Of a stretch of DNA of 64,000 bases, positions 12,527-22,571 are shown one piece after another. The translations under genes and the position numbers were made by a program. The DNA comes from Tubulanus polymorphus. Lineage: Eukaryota > Animalia > Nemertea. Under the pieces are notes generated by a model. That model worked only from the letters and a program-made list of their open reading frames with translations. It was not told where the DNA came from and searched no databases. Within the stretch, counting starts at the first letter, position 1; the number at the start of each line of letters is the position of its first letter. The DNA is taken from positions 15,383,653 through 15,447,652 of the forward strand of contig NC_134028.1 in assembly GCF_964204645.1 (NCBI RefSeq), written 5' to 3'.

Positions 12527-12883
12527 ATGAATATAACTGTTGGACCGAGTATATGTTTTGGGTTTGATTTTAAACATGAGAAAGAAATGAAATTTAACGT
12601 TAATGATGTAATTACACATATTAAAAATATTGCATTTTCTAATGAAACAACATTTGAGTATGAAACAACAATAAATAAAGAAACTTTAAATGTAGAAAAG
12701 ATTACTAATTCAATTAGAGAATCTTTAAGATTTTATGAATTAGATGAAGATTTTATCATCGATGATATTAAAAAAATAATAATTGAAATATATACAAATG
12801 AAACTAGTAATGAAATAAATGTTGAATTAATCATCACTAAGATAACTAAATATTTTGATGATAGTAATTTTTTTGAAAAATAA
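12527..12883 (+). CDS. Hypothetical viral protein
   Basis: Intact 118 aa; homologue at 46194-46538. Confidence 0.6.
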   Translation: MNITVGPSICFGFDFKHEKEMKFNVNDVITHIKNIAFSNETTFEYETTINKETLNVEKITNSIRESLRFYELDEDFIIDDIKKIIIEIYTNETSNEINVELIITKITKYFDDSNFFEK

Positions 12884-13098
12884 ATGAGAGATAATAAGTG
12901 GATAATAACTGGATTATATAATGGAGCATTACTATCAGTTGGAACTGTTGGTTATTCAATGGTATTAAAAAAAGTATTTAAAATGGGAAGTGTTAATGTT
13001 GATAGATTTGATATAAATGATATTTTAAATTAGCAGTTACTTTATCTAATTTAACTATTGATTATTTGGAAAAACAAAAATATATTCCTCCCATATAA
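12884..13098 (+). pseudogene. Small hydrophobic viral ORF, frameshifted (not in ORF track)
   Basis: MRDNKWIITGLYNGALLSVGTVGYSMVLKK...; homologue at ~45974-46193 on the minus strand. Confidence 0.5.
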
Positions 13099-13122
13099 AT
13101 GCATAATTATTTTACTAAATAA

Positions 13123-13533
13123 ATGGCTCCTGCAGTTATAACTATTATAGGATCGGCAATTGTTAACGCTTTAGCATTTACTGGTGGTGGATATTTATTT
13201 AAACATATTGATAAAAATGGTTCATTAACAGAACAAAAAAGACATAACTTAGCATTAGAGAAATACAATACAGCAGCTAGAGAATATAGAGAAAAGAGGC
13301 AAAACTATATGGATTATATTAACAAGGAATTATATGATCAGAAGATTTCACATAGAGATTTTCAATCAGTTGATGATGCAATGAGTTTATATAACGCGGT
13401 AACAAATAAAGAAAAATTACATCTATACAAACCTAAATTATCAGATTATTATACACCAAGTAAAGAACAACAGAAATATGAAATAATTTGGATTTTAGGC
13501 GGAACAGTTATTGTTATATTTGTTGCTTATTAG
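13123..13533 (+). CDS. Viral protein with N- and C-terminal hydrophobic segments
   Basis: MAPAVITIIGSAIVNALAFTGGGYLF, coiled-coil-like middle, C-terminal TM-like stretch; homologue at 45527-45949. Confidence 0.65.
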   Translation: MAPAVITIIGSAIVNALAFTGGGYLFKHIDKNGSLTEQKRHNLALEKYNTAAREYREKRQNYMDYINKELYDQKISHRDFQSVDDAMSLYNAVTNKEKLHLYKPKLSDYYTPSKEQQKYEIIWILGGTVIVIFVAY

Positions 13534-13565
13534 TTTACTAATTATTAATTTTTTTTGCTAAATAA

Positions 13566-13991
13566 ATGGATGATAATATTGATATTATTCCTCATGATAT
13601 AAATAAAACTAAATTAAAAACATATTTAGAAAAACAAATATTAGAATTTGAAAGTGACTTAAAGATAAAAAAGAAAAAATATTTAAAAAGTAAAATTATA
13701 TATTATCTTATTATCAGTGGTTCGGTTACAATTAGTTCTGTAATAACATTTTTAGCAATATTCAGTCCATTAACACCTTTAGCTATATCAATTGGTGTGT
13801 TAGGATTAAGTTCAAGTGTTTTAACCGGTATAAGTTCAAAATTAAATATAAAAAGTAATAAAGAAAAAATTAAAACTAATATAAAAGAAATTAATAAATT
13901 AAAAAATACACTAGATTATATAATAAGTTTAAATGGCCATATAACAGTTGAAGAACAAGATAAATTATTAAAAGAATTAGTTAATTATTAA
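13566..13991 (+). CDS. Putative two-TM viral membrane protein
   Basis: Hydrophobic hairpin IIYYLIISGSVTISSVITFLAIF..LAISIGVLGLSSSVL between Lys-rich helices; homologue at ~45072-45506. Confidence 0.65.
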   Translation: MDDNIDIIPHDINKTKLKTYLEKQILEFESDLKIKKKKYLKSKIIYYLIISGSVTISSVITFLAIFSPLTPLAISIGVLGLSSSVLTGISSKLNIKSNKEKIKTNIKEINKLKNTLDYIISLNGHITVEEQDKLLKELVNY

Positions 13992-14007
13992 TTTTTCAAT
14001 TATATAA

Positions 14008-15333
14008 ATGGCAGATAGTTTTCCAAAAGCTTTCCAATATAATAAATCAATTAAATATAATATTCCTGCAATAGATTTTAATAAAGATATTACATATAGA
14101 AATTAAGTTTTAAATTCATTAATTGATTTATATATTTATGTTACTGAAAGTAATAATTTTCATGTAAAGATGGAAAATATATTTCATGTGTATACAATTA
14201 ATTTTAAAAATTAAAATGAGGCAAAACAATGGTTATTAAAATCTAATATGAAGTATTGGCAGAACCAATTAAATTTTGCTGTTTATTGCGCAACAACAGG
14301 ATGTGGAATTAGTTGGAATGATCATTTAAACAAACCAAGTTTACCATTGATGTTATCACTTTTTAGATTTCATACTTATTTTCAAATAAAATTAATATTA
14401 GATGAATTAGAATGTCCTTTACCAGGTTCAAAATATTTTAAAGAATTGAATAATAATATTAATTTTTCTAAATTTTATAAAATATGTAATGAATTTAATA
14501 TTAATTCAAATAAAGATTTTAGAGCAAAAATTGGAACAATGGGTGGATTAGGAATATTGTTTACTAAAGAATTTGGAAAAATAATGACAAATTCAGATAT
14601 AAGAACACTAAATTGGAATGAATTACCAAAATATTATAATAATATACAACAACAAAACAATAATGGTTGGGTTAATTTCATTTTAGAAAATAGTGAAGGT
14701 TTTACTAAAGCTGGAATACAAAGAATAAATCAATCTATTAGAACTTATTTGATATGCATTTTAGGTTCTCAAGTTGAAACAAGATCCCCAATAATTGGAA
14801 ATGATAACACTTCATTCGATGCGCAGAAACAATTCAAAGTATTATTTGAAGATTCAATTCATAATGATAAAAATAGATCGATTCCAGAAAACATAGTAAG
14901 ATAGTAAAATTATTTAGATAAATCACATATTAGATTAAATTATTGTATAGGCCCTAATCTATTAATTATTTCTAATGATTTTGTATTAAAGACGGGAAAT
15001 ATAATTGGTTATAATAATCTAATTAAAACTGCAACAATAAATAATTCATTTGGATTGAATGATATAAATAAAAAGATTATTACTGCTCCAAAATTAATGG
15101 AAGGTGAACAAAATAAAAAACACATTCAATCAACTGAAACTAAAACTAATAATATTAAATCAAATGATGATTCTAAAATAAAAGATTACAATACATCAGA
15201 AGATATAAAAACTGATAATATTCAACATGATATAATTAAACTAAATAATGATAATAAATCCCATGAAAATACTAAATTAGCTTTAACTTGTATAGGAATT
15301 GTAATCGGAGGAATATTATATTTTAAATTTTAA
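14008..15333 (+). pseudogene. Conserved viral protein (YWQNQLNFAVYCATTGCG motif, C-terminal TM), disrupted
   Basis: Homologous to 43723-45055 in copy C; internal stops in A. Confidence 0.7.
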
Positions 15334-15348
15334 TTTTTTATTATGTAA

Positions 15349-17022
15349 ATGGATGTAGAAGGTAGAGAAGATTTTCCAATGGATACTTTAGATGAACCTG
15401 GTATAAGTGATGAACAACAACCTGATTTGAGTAAAACAAGTTTTAATGATGGTAATGAGCCAGAATATAATACTAATTTAGGTGAAGATGATGATTATGA
15501 TGATGAAACGCGTAAAGAATTTAAAGAATATATGACAGCTACCGAAAGGATAGTTATTAGAACCGCAACATCTAGAAAGGATTTAATGAAAAGATTAGTA
15601 AATACAACTGATCCTCTTATGAAACATCAATTAAAATTAATGAAAAATAGAGTAATATATACAATTGTTAACGTATTATTACCAAAAGATGAAATAGATG
15701 AAATTGGTTCCGAAGGTGTTGTAGAACAAATTTTAAAAGATGACCCATTTTTCATGAATAATTTAGAATTTAAAAATGATGCATGGTATTATAATGTTGA
15801 ATTAAATAACAAAAATGTATCAATTCAATTATCTAGAATGGGTCAAGAATATATTTTTGAACCTGGAATGCGAGCAAGATCTACAATTGAAGGTTCAAAA
15901 GGTGGTAGAGAATTTCTCAGAATTATATGGAATGCAATCGATAGAATAAATAAAGAAAAACCAATTCCTAAAATTGATATTAACAAATATTCACCATTTG
16001 AAAATCCAAATTTAAATCCTCCTGATGTTGATCCAGAAATGGAAGATGATAGAGATCGATTAGATAAATTAAGATCTTCAACACCCGAAACATCGAGAAG
16101 AGACACTCAACCAATTGATAATGATTCAAGTCAATTACAATTAGTATTAGAAGAACAAATTGATAGATTAAGAGATTCAGAAGAAGAAATGAATAGTACT
16201 GGAATAAATCGAATACAACATCTATTAGAAAAAGGAATACTTGATTTAACTGATGATGAATTAGAAGCATATCCTGAACAAACACGTAGAGAAATTAAAG
16301 GTATGCAAGAATCGGCTGATAAAATTGCGAATGAAAAAAGTATAAGAGATATTAAAATTAACAATTTAGAAAAAGAATTAACTGATAAAAATAAAGAAAT
16401 AGGACAATTAAAGTCTGATCTTGATCGTCAAGTAATTGATGAAATGGAATATAGGAAAAAAGAATTACGTTTAGAAAAAGAAATTAATAATTTGAAAGAT
16501 AATTTAGAAGTACAAAAAGGTGAAAGAGATATATTATTAAAAGAATTTGGTAATAATTTTAAAAGATTAAAAGTTGTTGTTAAAGATTTGTTGATAAAAC
16601 CAGATTCTAAAATATCATTAAAAGATAGAATAAAATTGTTATTTAAATTAGAAGGAATAACAATTCTTTCAATTCTAACAGCTGTAACTATGTTATTTAC
16701 AACAATTGGTTTAGCTATATCAAATGCTTTGAAATCTACTCCTACTCCCAATAAACCAGATAAACCCCGAGATAATAATTCTATACAAGATAAAGTTAAA
16801 GATGGTTTAAAAAAATTAGCAAAATATTTATGGGAACTATCTAAAAAATCTGCTACAGCATTGCCAGGAGTTATTGCATCAATTGTTGGTTTTATATTGA
16901 AATCTGCAGGAAACATTATTAACTTTGCTGCTGAACATATTATTTTATTTTTAATTACAGTTGTAAGTGCTATTATTTTTGGATTAGTAAACATGATAAA
17001 AAATAAAAATGATAAAAAATAA
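15349..17022 (+). CDS. Large coiled-coil protein with C-terminal hydrophobic helices
   Basis: Intact 557 aa; acidic N-terminus, long coiled coil, EGITILSILTAV..ALPGVIASIVGF conserved in B and C. Confidence 0.7.
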   Translation: MDVEGREDFPMDTLDEPGISDEQQPDLSKTSFNDGNEPEYNTNLGEDDDYDDETRKEFKEYMTATERIVIRTATSRKDLMKRLVNTTDPLMKHQLKLMKNRVIYTIVNVLLPKDEIDEIGSEGVVEQILKDDPFFMNNLEFKNDAWYYNVELNNKNVSIQLSRMGQEYIFEPGMRARSTIEGSKGGREFLRIIWNAIDRINKEKPIPKIDINKYSPFENPNLNPPDVDPEMEDDRDRLDKLRSSTPETSRRDTQPIDNDSSQLQLVLEEQIDRLRDSEEEMNSTGINRIQHLLEKGILDLTDDELEAYPEQTRREIKGMQESADKIANEKSIRDIKINNLEKELTDKNKEIGQLKSDLDRQVIDEMEYRKKELRLEKEINNLKDNLEVQKGERDILLKEFGNNFKRLKVVVKDLLIKPDSKISLKDRIKLLFKLEGITILSILTAVTMLFTTIGLAISNALKSTPTPNKPDKPRDNNSIQDKVKDGLKKLAKYLWELSKKSATALPGVIASIVGFILKSAGNIINFAAEHIILFLITVVSAIIFGLVNMIKNKNDKK

Positions 17023-17046
17023 ATAATTAATTTTTTTGTTAAATAA

Positions 17047-18290
17047 ATGAGTGGGAGTTATATCAATCCTTCTAAGAATCATAGAATATCTAATGCTATT
17101 AAAGCAGAAAGATCACATCATATAATTACTCATAACCCTTCTAATATTAATCCCGATGAAACTTTATATGTTAGAATTCCTCGATTAACACAAAATATTT
17201 TTTATGTACCAAATAGTATTTATTTATCAGCCGATATAAAAGTAATCGGTAATAATAATAATTATGTTGTTGATAATGTTGGGAGATATTTGATGAAAAA
17301 ATTAACTATAAAGATTGGTCCAGAAACAGTTTTCTCATTAGATGATTATAATTTGTATATGCATTATAAAGATTTATGGTTAACTAAAGAAAATAGAAAT
17401 AATATGATATTTCAAGGAATCCAATCAGAAAACCCAAATAAATTAAGATCAGAAGCACATAATGCAATAGTAACTAATGCTGTAGATAAATTGATAAAAA
17501 GTATATATGGAAGCAAATATAAAATTCCATTAGACTTTGAATTGATAAATAATAATGCACCTTTATATAAATATGCAATTCAAGAAGACGTTATATTCGA
17601 AATAACATTTGCTCCTGTAAATGAAATTGTAATATCTAGCGTTAATAAAGATAGTAGTTATAAACTATCGAATATTTAGAATATGATACAGTAACTGATG
17701 AAAATATTTCAAGTATAATTCAAACTAAATACAATCAAGGATTTTCATTATTATATGATTATATTGATAAATTTAAGACTGTAACTATTAATGCAAATGA
17801 TGAAATTATTAATGAGAATTTTAACTTCCCAAGAAGATCTATTAATGGTATATTAATATTCTTTACCATTGCAACATATACAAATGGTGCAATAAATGTT
17901 GATAATTATTATAATCCTGAAATAACAAAAGTAGAAATAACTATCGAAGGAATAGCAAATAAAATATTTTGTCAAGGAATGAGAATGATTGATCAATGGC
18001 CAGAAATTAGAAAACATTTTATGAATGAAAAAGTGAAATCATCTGAAAATTGTAATATTAATCAAATTAATTATTATACCGGTAATAAATATGCATTATG
18101 GTTAGATTTTAGAACAACAGAGGATAATTCATTACATGGTTCTGGAAAAAAACTACAGAACACTAAAGATGGAATACAATTATTCATGACAAAGAATAAA
18201 GGAATCAAAAATTTCAAAATGCACATTTATATTATATCTGACGCGCAATTAAATATTGTAAATTTTCAATTAAATAGTGTTATGTATTAG
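17047..18290 (+). pseudogene. Major capsid protein (putative double jelly-roll), frameshifted near 17675
   Basis: ~415 codons, the most conserved gene across the three copies; HNPS.I, NKYALWLDFRT..DN.LHG.G and DAQLNI motifs recalled from invertebrate Polinton-like capsid proteins. Confidence 0.7.
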
Positions 18291-18322
18291 AATTTTAACT
18301 TTAATAAAAATTTATATAATAA

Positions 18323-19380
18323 ATGGAAGGAGGTACAGTATATAAACATATTCCATACATCGATACACATGAAAATAATGATGGTTTATATTATGTAATA
18401 CCTTGTAATATAGCTTTGATATTTGATCCTATTTTCAAAATTTATAAAACTAAACTAATAGAAATCGATAATAATAAAAGTGGTGTTGTTGATAATTTAA
18501 GTAATGTAATTGATAATAATGTTAATACATTCTACATCTAATAATGCAATACCTTCTACATCGAATAATGTAATATCTACTACATCTAATAATGTAATAC
18601 CTTCTACATCTAATAATGTAATACCTTCTACATCTAATAATGTAATACCTCCTACATCTAATAATGATAAGATTGAACCTGATATCAAAACCAAAAAGAC
18701 AAATGAAAAATATTGTGATGTATGTAAGAAATATATATCATATAAAAATTGGGCATCACATAAGAAATCAAATAAACATATAGACAAAGAAAAGAATAAT
18801 AATGATAATAATATATCTGATAATAATATAATAGATAATATCATAGATAATGTTAATACAATTGAAACAAATGATACCATAGATAATATAACAGTTAATG
18901 TTGATACAATTGAAACTAATGATAATGAAACAATTGATGATTCTAAAAAACATTGTAACATTTGTGATTTAGATATTTCTAAAAGTAATTTTTCTAAACA
19001 TAAAAAATCTCAAGCGCATATCGAAAATGAAAGGAAGTTAGAAGAACATGAAAAGAAATTAGAAGAAATAGAAAGAAATAAAATGTGCCAATATTGTAAT
19101 AAGAAAATTGAACCTGTTGATGAAATTACTCATTATAAATCAAAGTTACATCTAATTAATGTTTATAAAATGGTGAGTATGATACCATTGTTAAATAACC
19201 CAAATAAATATATCAAATATTTTAATCCTAAAACTAACCAATATTATATATTCTATAAGTTGTTATTTGATAAATTATTAGCTTATGCAGAGAGATAATC
19301 CTAAACAAATATATAAATTATTATATTTTAGAAAAATAGATTTAAGTTATCTTATAAATAATTTTGGACATCATTTTGAT
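18323..19380 (+). pseudogene. Multi-C2H2 zinc-finger protein with NNVIPSTS repeats; frameshifted and truncated
   Basis: CDVC..HKKSNKH, CNIC..HKKSQAH, CQYC..HYKSKLH; frameshift ~18525; truncated at the deletion junction. Confidence 0.7.
18526..18666 (+). repeat. 24-bp coding tandem repeat (NNVIPSTS)
   Basis: About 6 copies of AATAATGTAATACCTTCTACATCT; about 7 copies in C (40573-40746) and 1 in B. Confidence 0.9.
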
Positions 19381-20214
19381 TTTTAGATATTCTAACGTGT
19401 TGTCCTATTTTAAATTTAGGTTCACCGAAATCATGTGTAACAAACGCTCCATATAAATTACTCCAAACTATTTCTGAATTATCTTCTTTTCTAGCTTGTA
19501 TAGGTTTCATATTTATAGAACTATGTTTAGAATTATTATAACCTTTCACTAAATCATCTAACATATTTATAGACTCATCGATATATTTATATGTTTCATT
19601 AGCAGTAAAATATTTCCACATTCTAGTTTTCAATGTTTTATTAAACCTTTCTATAATAGATGCTTTTTTATCTGAGTGTGTTGAAAAATAATCTACATCG
19701 TTATCAGATCATCGTTATCAGATAATAGTTTTTTGAAATGTTTGTTATAAAATTCCTTACCTTCATCAAATTGTATCTTATCTGGAATAACTTCTTTAAA
19801 TATTGATTTAAAAGCATTTGTTACTTCTATACCAGTTTTATTTTTGATTGGAATTGACCATGCGTATCTACTGAATATGTCTATAACATTTAATATCCAG
19901 ATATATCCTTTGTTGTATTCTTCTAAGTTCTTCATGTCAATTAAATCTGCTTGCCATTGTTGATCGATATATGAAACCATAACTTTTCTTGTTAAATAAG
20001 TTTTATCCATTTTCTTATGAATTTGATATGTTGGTTGATTTTGTAACCATGATTTTAATTCACTATATTTTATACCACCATGTGGGTGCCATACGGCACC
20101 ATCACTATTTTCATTATCAGATTTAATTTTATTCCATAATTCTGAAACGTTAGAATATGATACTTCACTTTCTGGGTTATAATATAAATCTCTTAAATAT
20201 CGTTCTTTTTTCAT
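19381..20214 (-). pseudogene. int: rve-type DDE integrase, frameshifted and C-terminally truncated
   Basis: QQWQADLIDM, VIDIFSRYAW, QFDEGKEF and IIERFNKTLK motifs. Confidence 0.9.
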
Positions 20215-20224
20215 CTTATTTTAA

Positions 20225-20589
20225 TCCATTAATAATAATTTAGATTTAGTTTCAATGGCTTTATGATTTGACTTATCTTCTGGTATGATAGGTTTATTAT
20301 CATTGGAATCATCTTTATCATCAGATTTGAATTTCTATTTATATATTACACCGGATAATATAATAACTGTTACTAATCCAATTGTAATATATAATTTATA
20401 ATTACTTCCAGCATTAGAAGAATCAGATGGATTATTATTTGAATCAATATCAGATAATTTCTGTGATTCATTTATATCAGTTAATTTCTTTTTCTTAGCT
20501 TTTTTTAATTCTGAAGATCTTTTACCTAATTCTCTTGCCCATTTAATTTGTTTATCGGATCTAGCCTTTTTCTTAACTCCATCACTCAT
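20225..20589 (-). pseudogene. Small basic single-TM viral protein (premature stop)
   Basis: Homologue at 37776-38159; TM-like LYITIGLVTVIILSGVIY. Confidence 0.55.
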
Positions 20590-21184
20590 TTATTTTAGTT
20601 AATTTTTGTTCTGATTCATTTTCTGTTTCGACGTTTGGTTGTAGTACATCTGTTTCGTTCTTACCTGATTTATATTCCATAGGCTTGATATTCGAAAATG
20701 TTATGACGCCAGTAGAAATTAATGTCATAACCGATCCTAATTGAAATGAAGCATAACCGACCCATTTTTGTAATTCAGTCATAACTAAGTAGTCATTTTT
20801 CAAATCACTATATAATTTATTTTCATCATCAATTGGTATTAACTGGTTACATAATTTAGAATAACATTTGACAATACCATCTGAAATAGAATCATTTATT
20901 CGGGCTAATCTTGCCTCTTCATAAATCTTAAAATATTTTATTATTTTATCTGGTTTCATAGCATCTAATTCTTGAAAAGTAATAATTCTATTTAAAAACT
21001 CTTTAGTTTTTCCACCGGCAATCAATAGTTCTAGATGATGCTTACAATATAAATAGTATTCATAATCTATATTACAATTAACTTGGGCACAATTAGTTAC
21101 AACTGTATCTTTATTATCACTTATACCCAAATCATCTAATGTCTTTTCAATATCAATACTATTCTTATTAGATTTCTTCGACAT
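20582..21184 (-). CDS. Hypothetical viral protein
   Basis: Intact 200 aa; disrupted homologue at 37171-37783. Confidence 0.6.
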   Translation of the reverse strand: MSKKSNKNSIDIEKTLDDLGISDNKDTVVTNCAQVNCNIDYEYYLYCKHHLELLIAGGKTKEFLNRIITFQELDAMKPDKIIKYFKIYEEARLARINDSISDGIVKCYSKLCNQLIPIDDENKLYSDLKNDYLVMTELQKWVGYASFQLGSVMTLISTGVITFSNIKPMEYKSGKNETDVLQPNVETENESEQKLTKINE

Positions 21185-21433
21185 TTATATTAGTGAAAAA
21201 AAGCAAAAAAAAATATTATAAGTATTCTTCAAATGATACTAGCATCTCTTTAGATTAATACTAGCTCAGTTAAAGGTAAAGAATTTTAGTATTAGTTATT
21301 GTTTTTTTAGTATTTTTTATTTGTGATATAAAGTATTCTTTTTTGAAAAGAAAATATTAAAAATTAAAATAGAAATAATGGCTTGTTGAAGGTATGTAAT
21401 TTTTATTATATTTTATTTGAGATATATTAATCT

Positions 21434-22216
21434 TTAACCACTCAATAAAGATTCAACATATTGTTCATTATTTGGATTATTGTTCCATAATTCAATGAAT
21501 TTCTTTACTTTTGTTAACTGTTCTAAATATAACTGTAAATCTAGTTTGTCATGTTTAATCATATTTTCCTTCTTTTCAAGAGGTTTCAGGTTTTTCCAAT
21601 TCCAAAATAACTTTTTATCATATTCATCATTCATGTCAAATTTAGAAATAGGTAACACATGATCAATATGAAAATAATTGCCATAATTATTTATATTCAT
21701 TTTATCATCGAATTGATATATTATCCATGATTTAAAAAATTTATCTGAACAATCCAATAAATGTGCTAGTGTAACTGAGTGGTTTTCTTTACTGAATAAT
21801 TTTGATACTTTAGATCTTAAACATTTTTTCAATTTGTAATTAAAATCTGTTTGATATCTTTCTTTCTTATAATTATTTTGATACGCTTTATAATATTCTC
21901 TATTATTATCCCTCCATTCTCTCATATATTCTGTTATATAATCTGAGTGATTTTCTCTCCATTGTTTATTTCTAACTTTGAATTTTTCAATATTATCCAT
22001 ATAATATTGTGTTGAATAATTTGGATTATTTTCAAGAAATTTGTTATTGTATAGTTTAGTACAGCTTTTGCAATATGTTTGTTTGCCATCTTTTTTAGTT
22101 TTATTTTTTTGAAATTCTGTTAATGATTTATTCAATTCACACTTATTACATTTCTTATAGCATATATTTATTACACCATTATTGTTTATATTTATAGCTT
22201 GTGATTGTTCCTCCAT
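21434..22216 (-). CDS. HNH-type endonuclease-like protein with N-terminal zinc ribbon
   Basis: KCNKC..F.K.....DG...YCKSC, then HIDHVLP..F...W.NL.PL...EN..K. Confidence 0.75.
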   Translation of the reverse strand: MEEQSQAININNNGVINICYKKCNKCELNKSLTEFQKNKTKKDGKQTYCKSCTKLYNNKFLENNPNYSTQYYMDNIEKFKVRNKQWRENHSDYITEYMREWRDNNREYYKAYQNNYKKERYQTDFNYKLKKCLRSKVSKLFSKENHSVTLAHLLDCSDKFFKSWIIYQFDDKMNINNYGNYFHIDHVLPISKFDMNDEYDKKLFWNWKNLKPLEKKENMIKHDKLDLQLYLEQLTKVKKFIELWNNNPNNEQYVESLLSG

Positions 22217-22283
22217 TTATAATATATATTTTTATTAAAATTGATTAACATTTTAGAATCCTCTTCCATTTCTTCGACTAACG

Positions 22284-22571
22284 TCATCCTTTTTCATTCC
22301 TTAAAATATCATTATTCTTATTTCTAATATGACTTTTAGATTTTAAATGTTCATTGTAATATCTTTTATCACTGAATGATTGATTACATGTATCACATTT
22401 GTATGTTCCTTTTTCATTCTTTAATTCATCTAATTTAGTTTCTAATATATCATCTTTATATTCTAGTTTCAATTTATTCTCTAAATGTGTTTTAGTTTTA
22501 TTGTGTCTTGCTTTTTGGGATTTATCTATATTGATATTACATGTTGGGCAGTAGTACTTATTTGCTTCCAT
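22284..22571 (-). CDS. Two-C2H2-finger mini-ORF (TIR-borne duplicate of pPolB N-terminus)
   Basis: Near-identical to the start of pPolB; open here, whereas the left copy has a stop. Confidence 0.6.
   Translation of the reverse strand: MEANKYYCPTCNINIDKSQKARHNKTKTHLENKLKLEYKDDILETKLDELKNEKGTYKCDTCNQSFSDKRYYNEHLKSKSHIRNKNNDILRNEKG

Noticed and set aside
15843-18961. Antisense ORFs (e.g. 16428-16994, 18497-18961) and similar short ORFs inside the LINE and BEL elements
   Set aside because: Shadows of the coding strand, with no motifs and no TAAATG starts.
22237-22246. Mimivirus early promoter AAAATTGA near the HNH and pPolB starts
   Set aside because: It lies antisense to the downstream genes and is expected by chance in AT-rich DNA.
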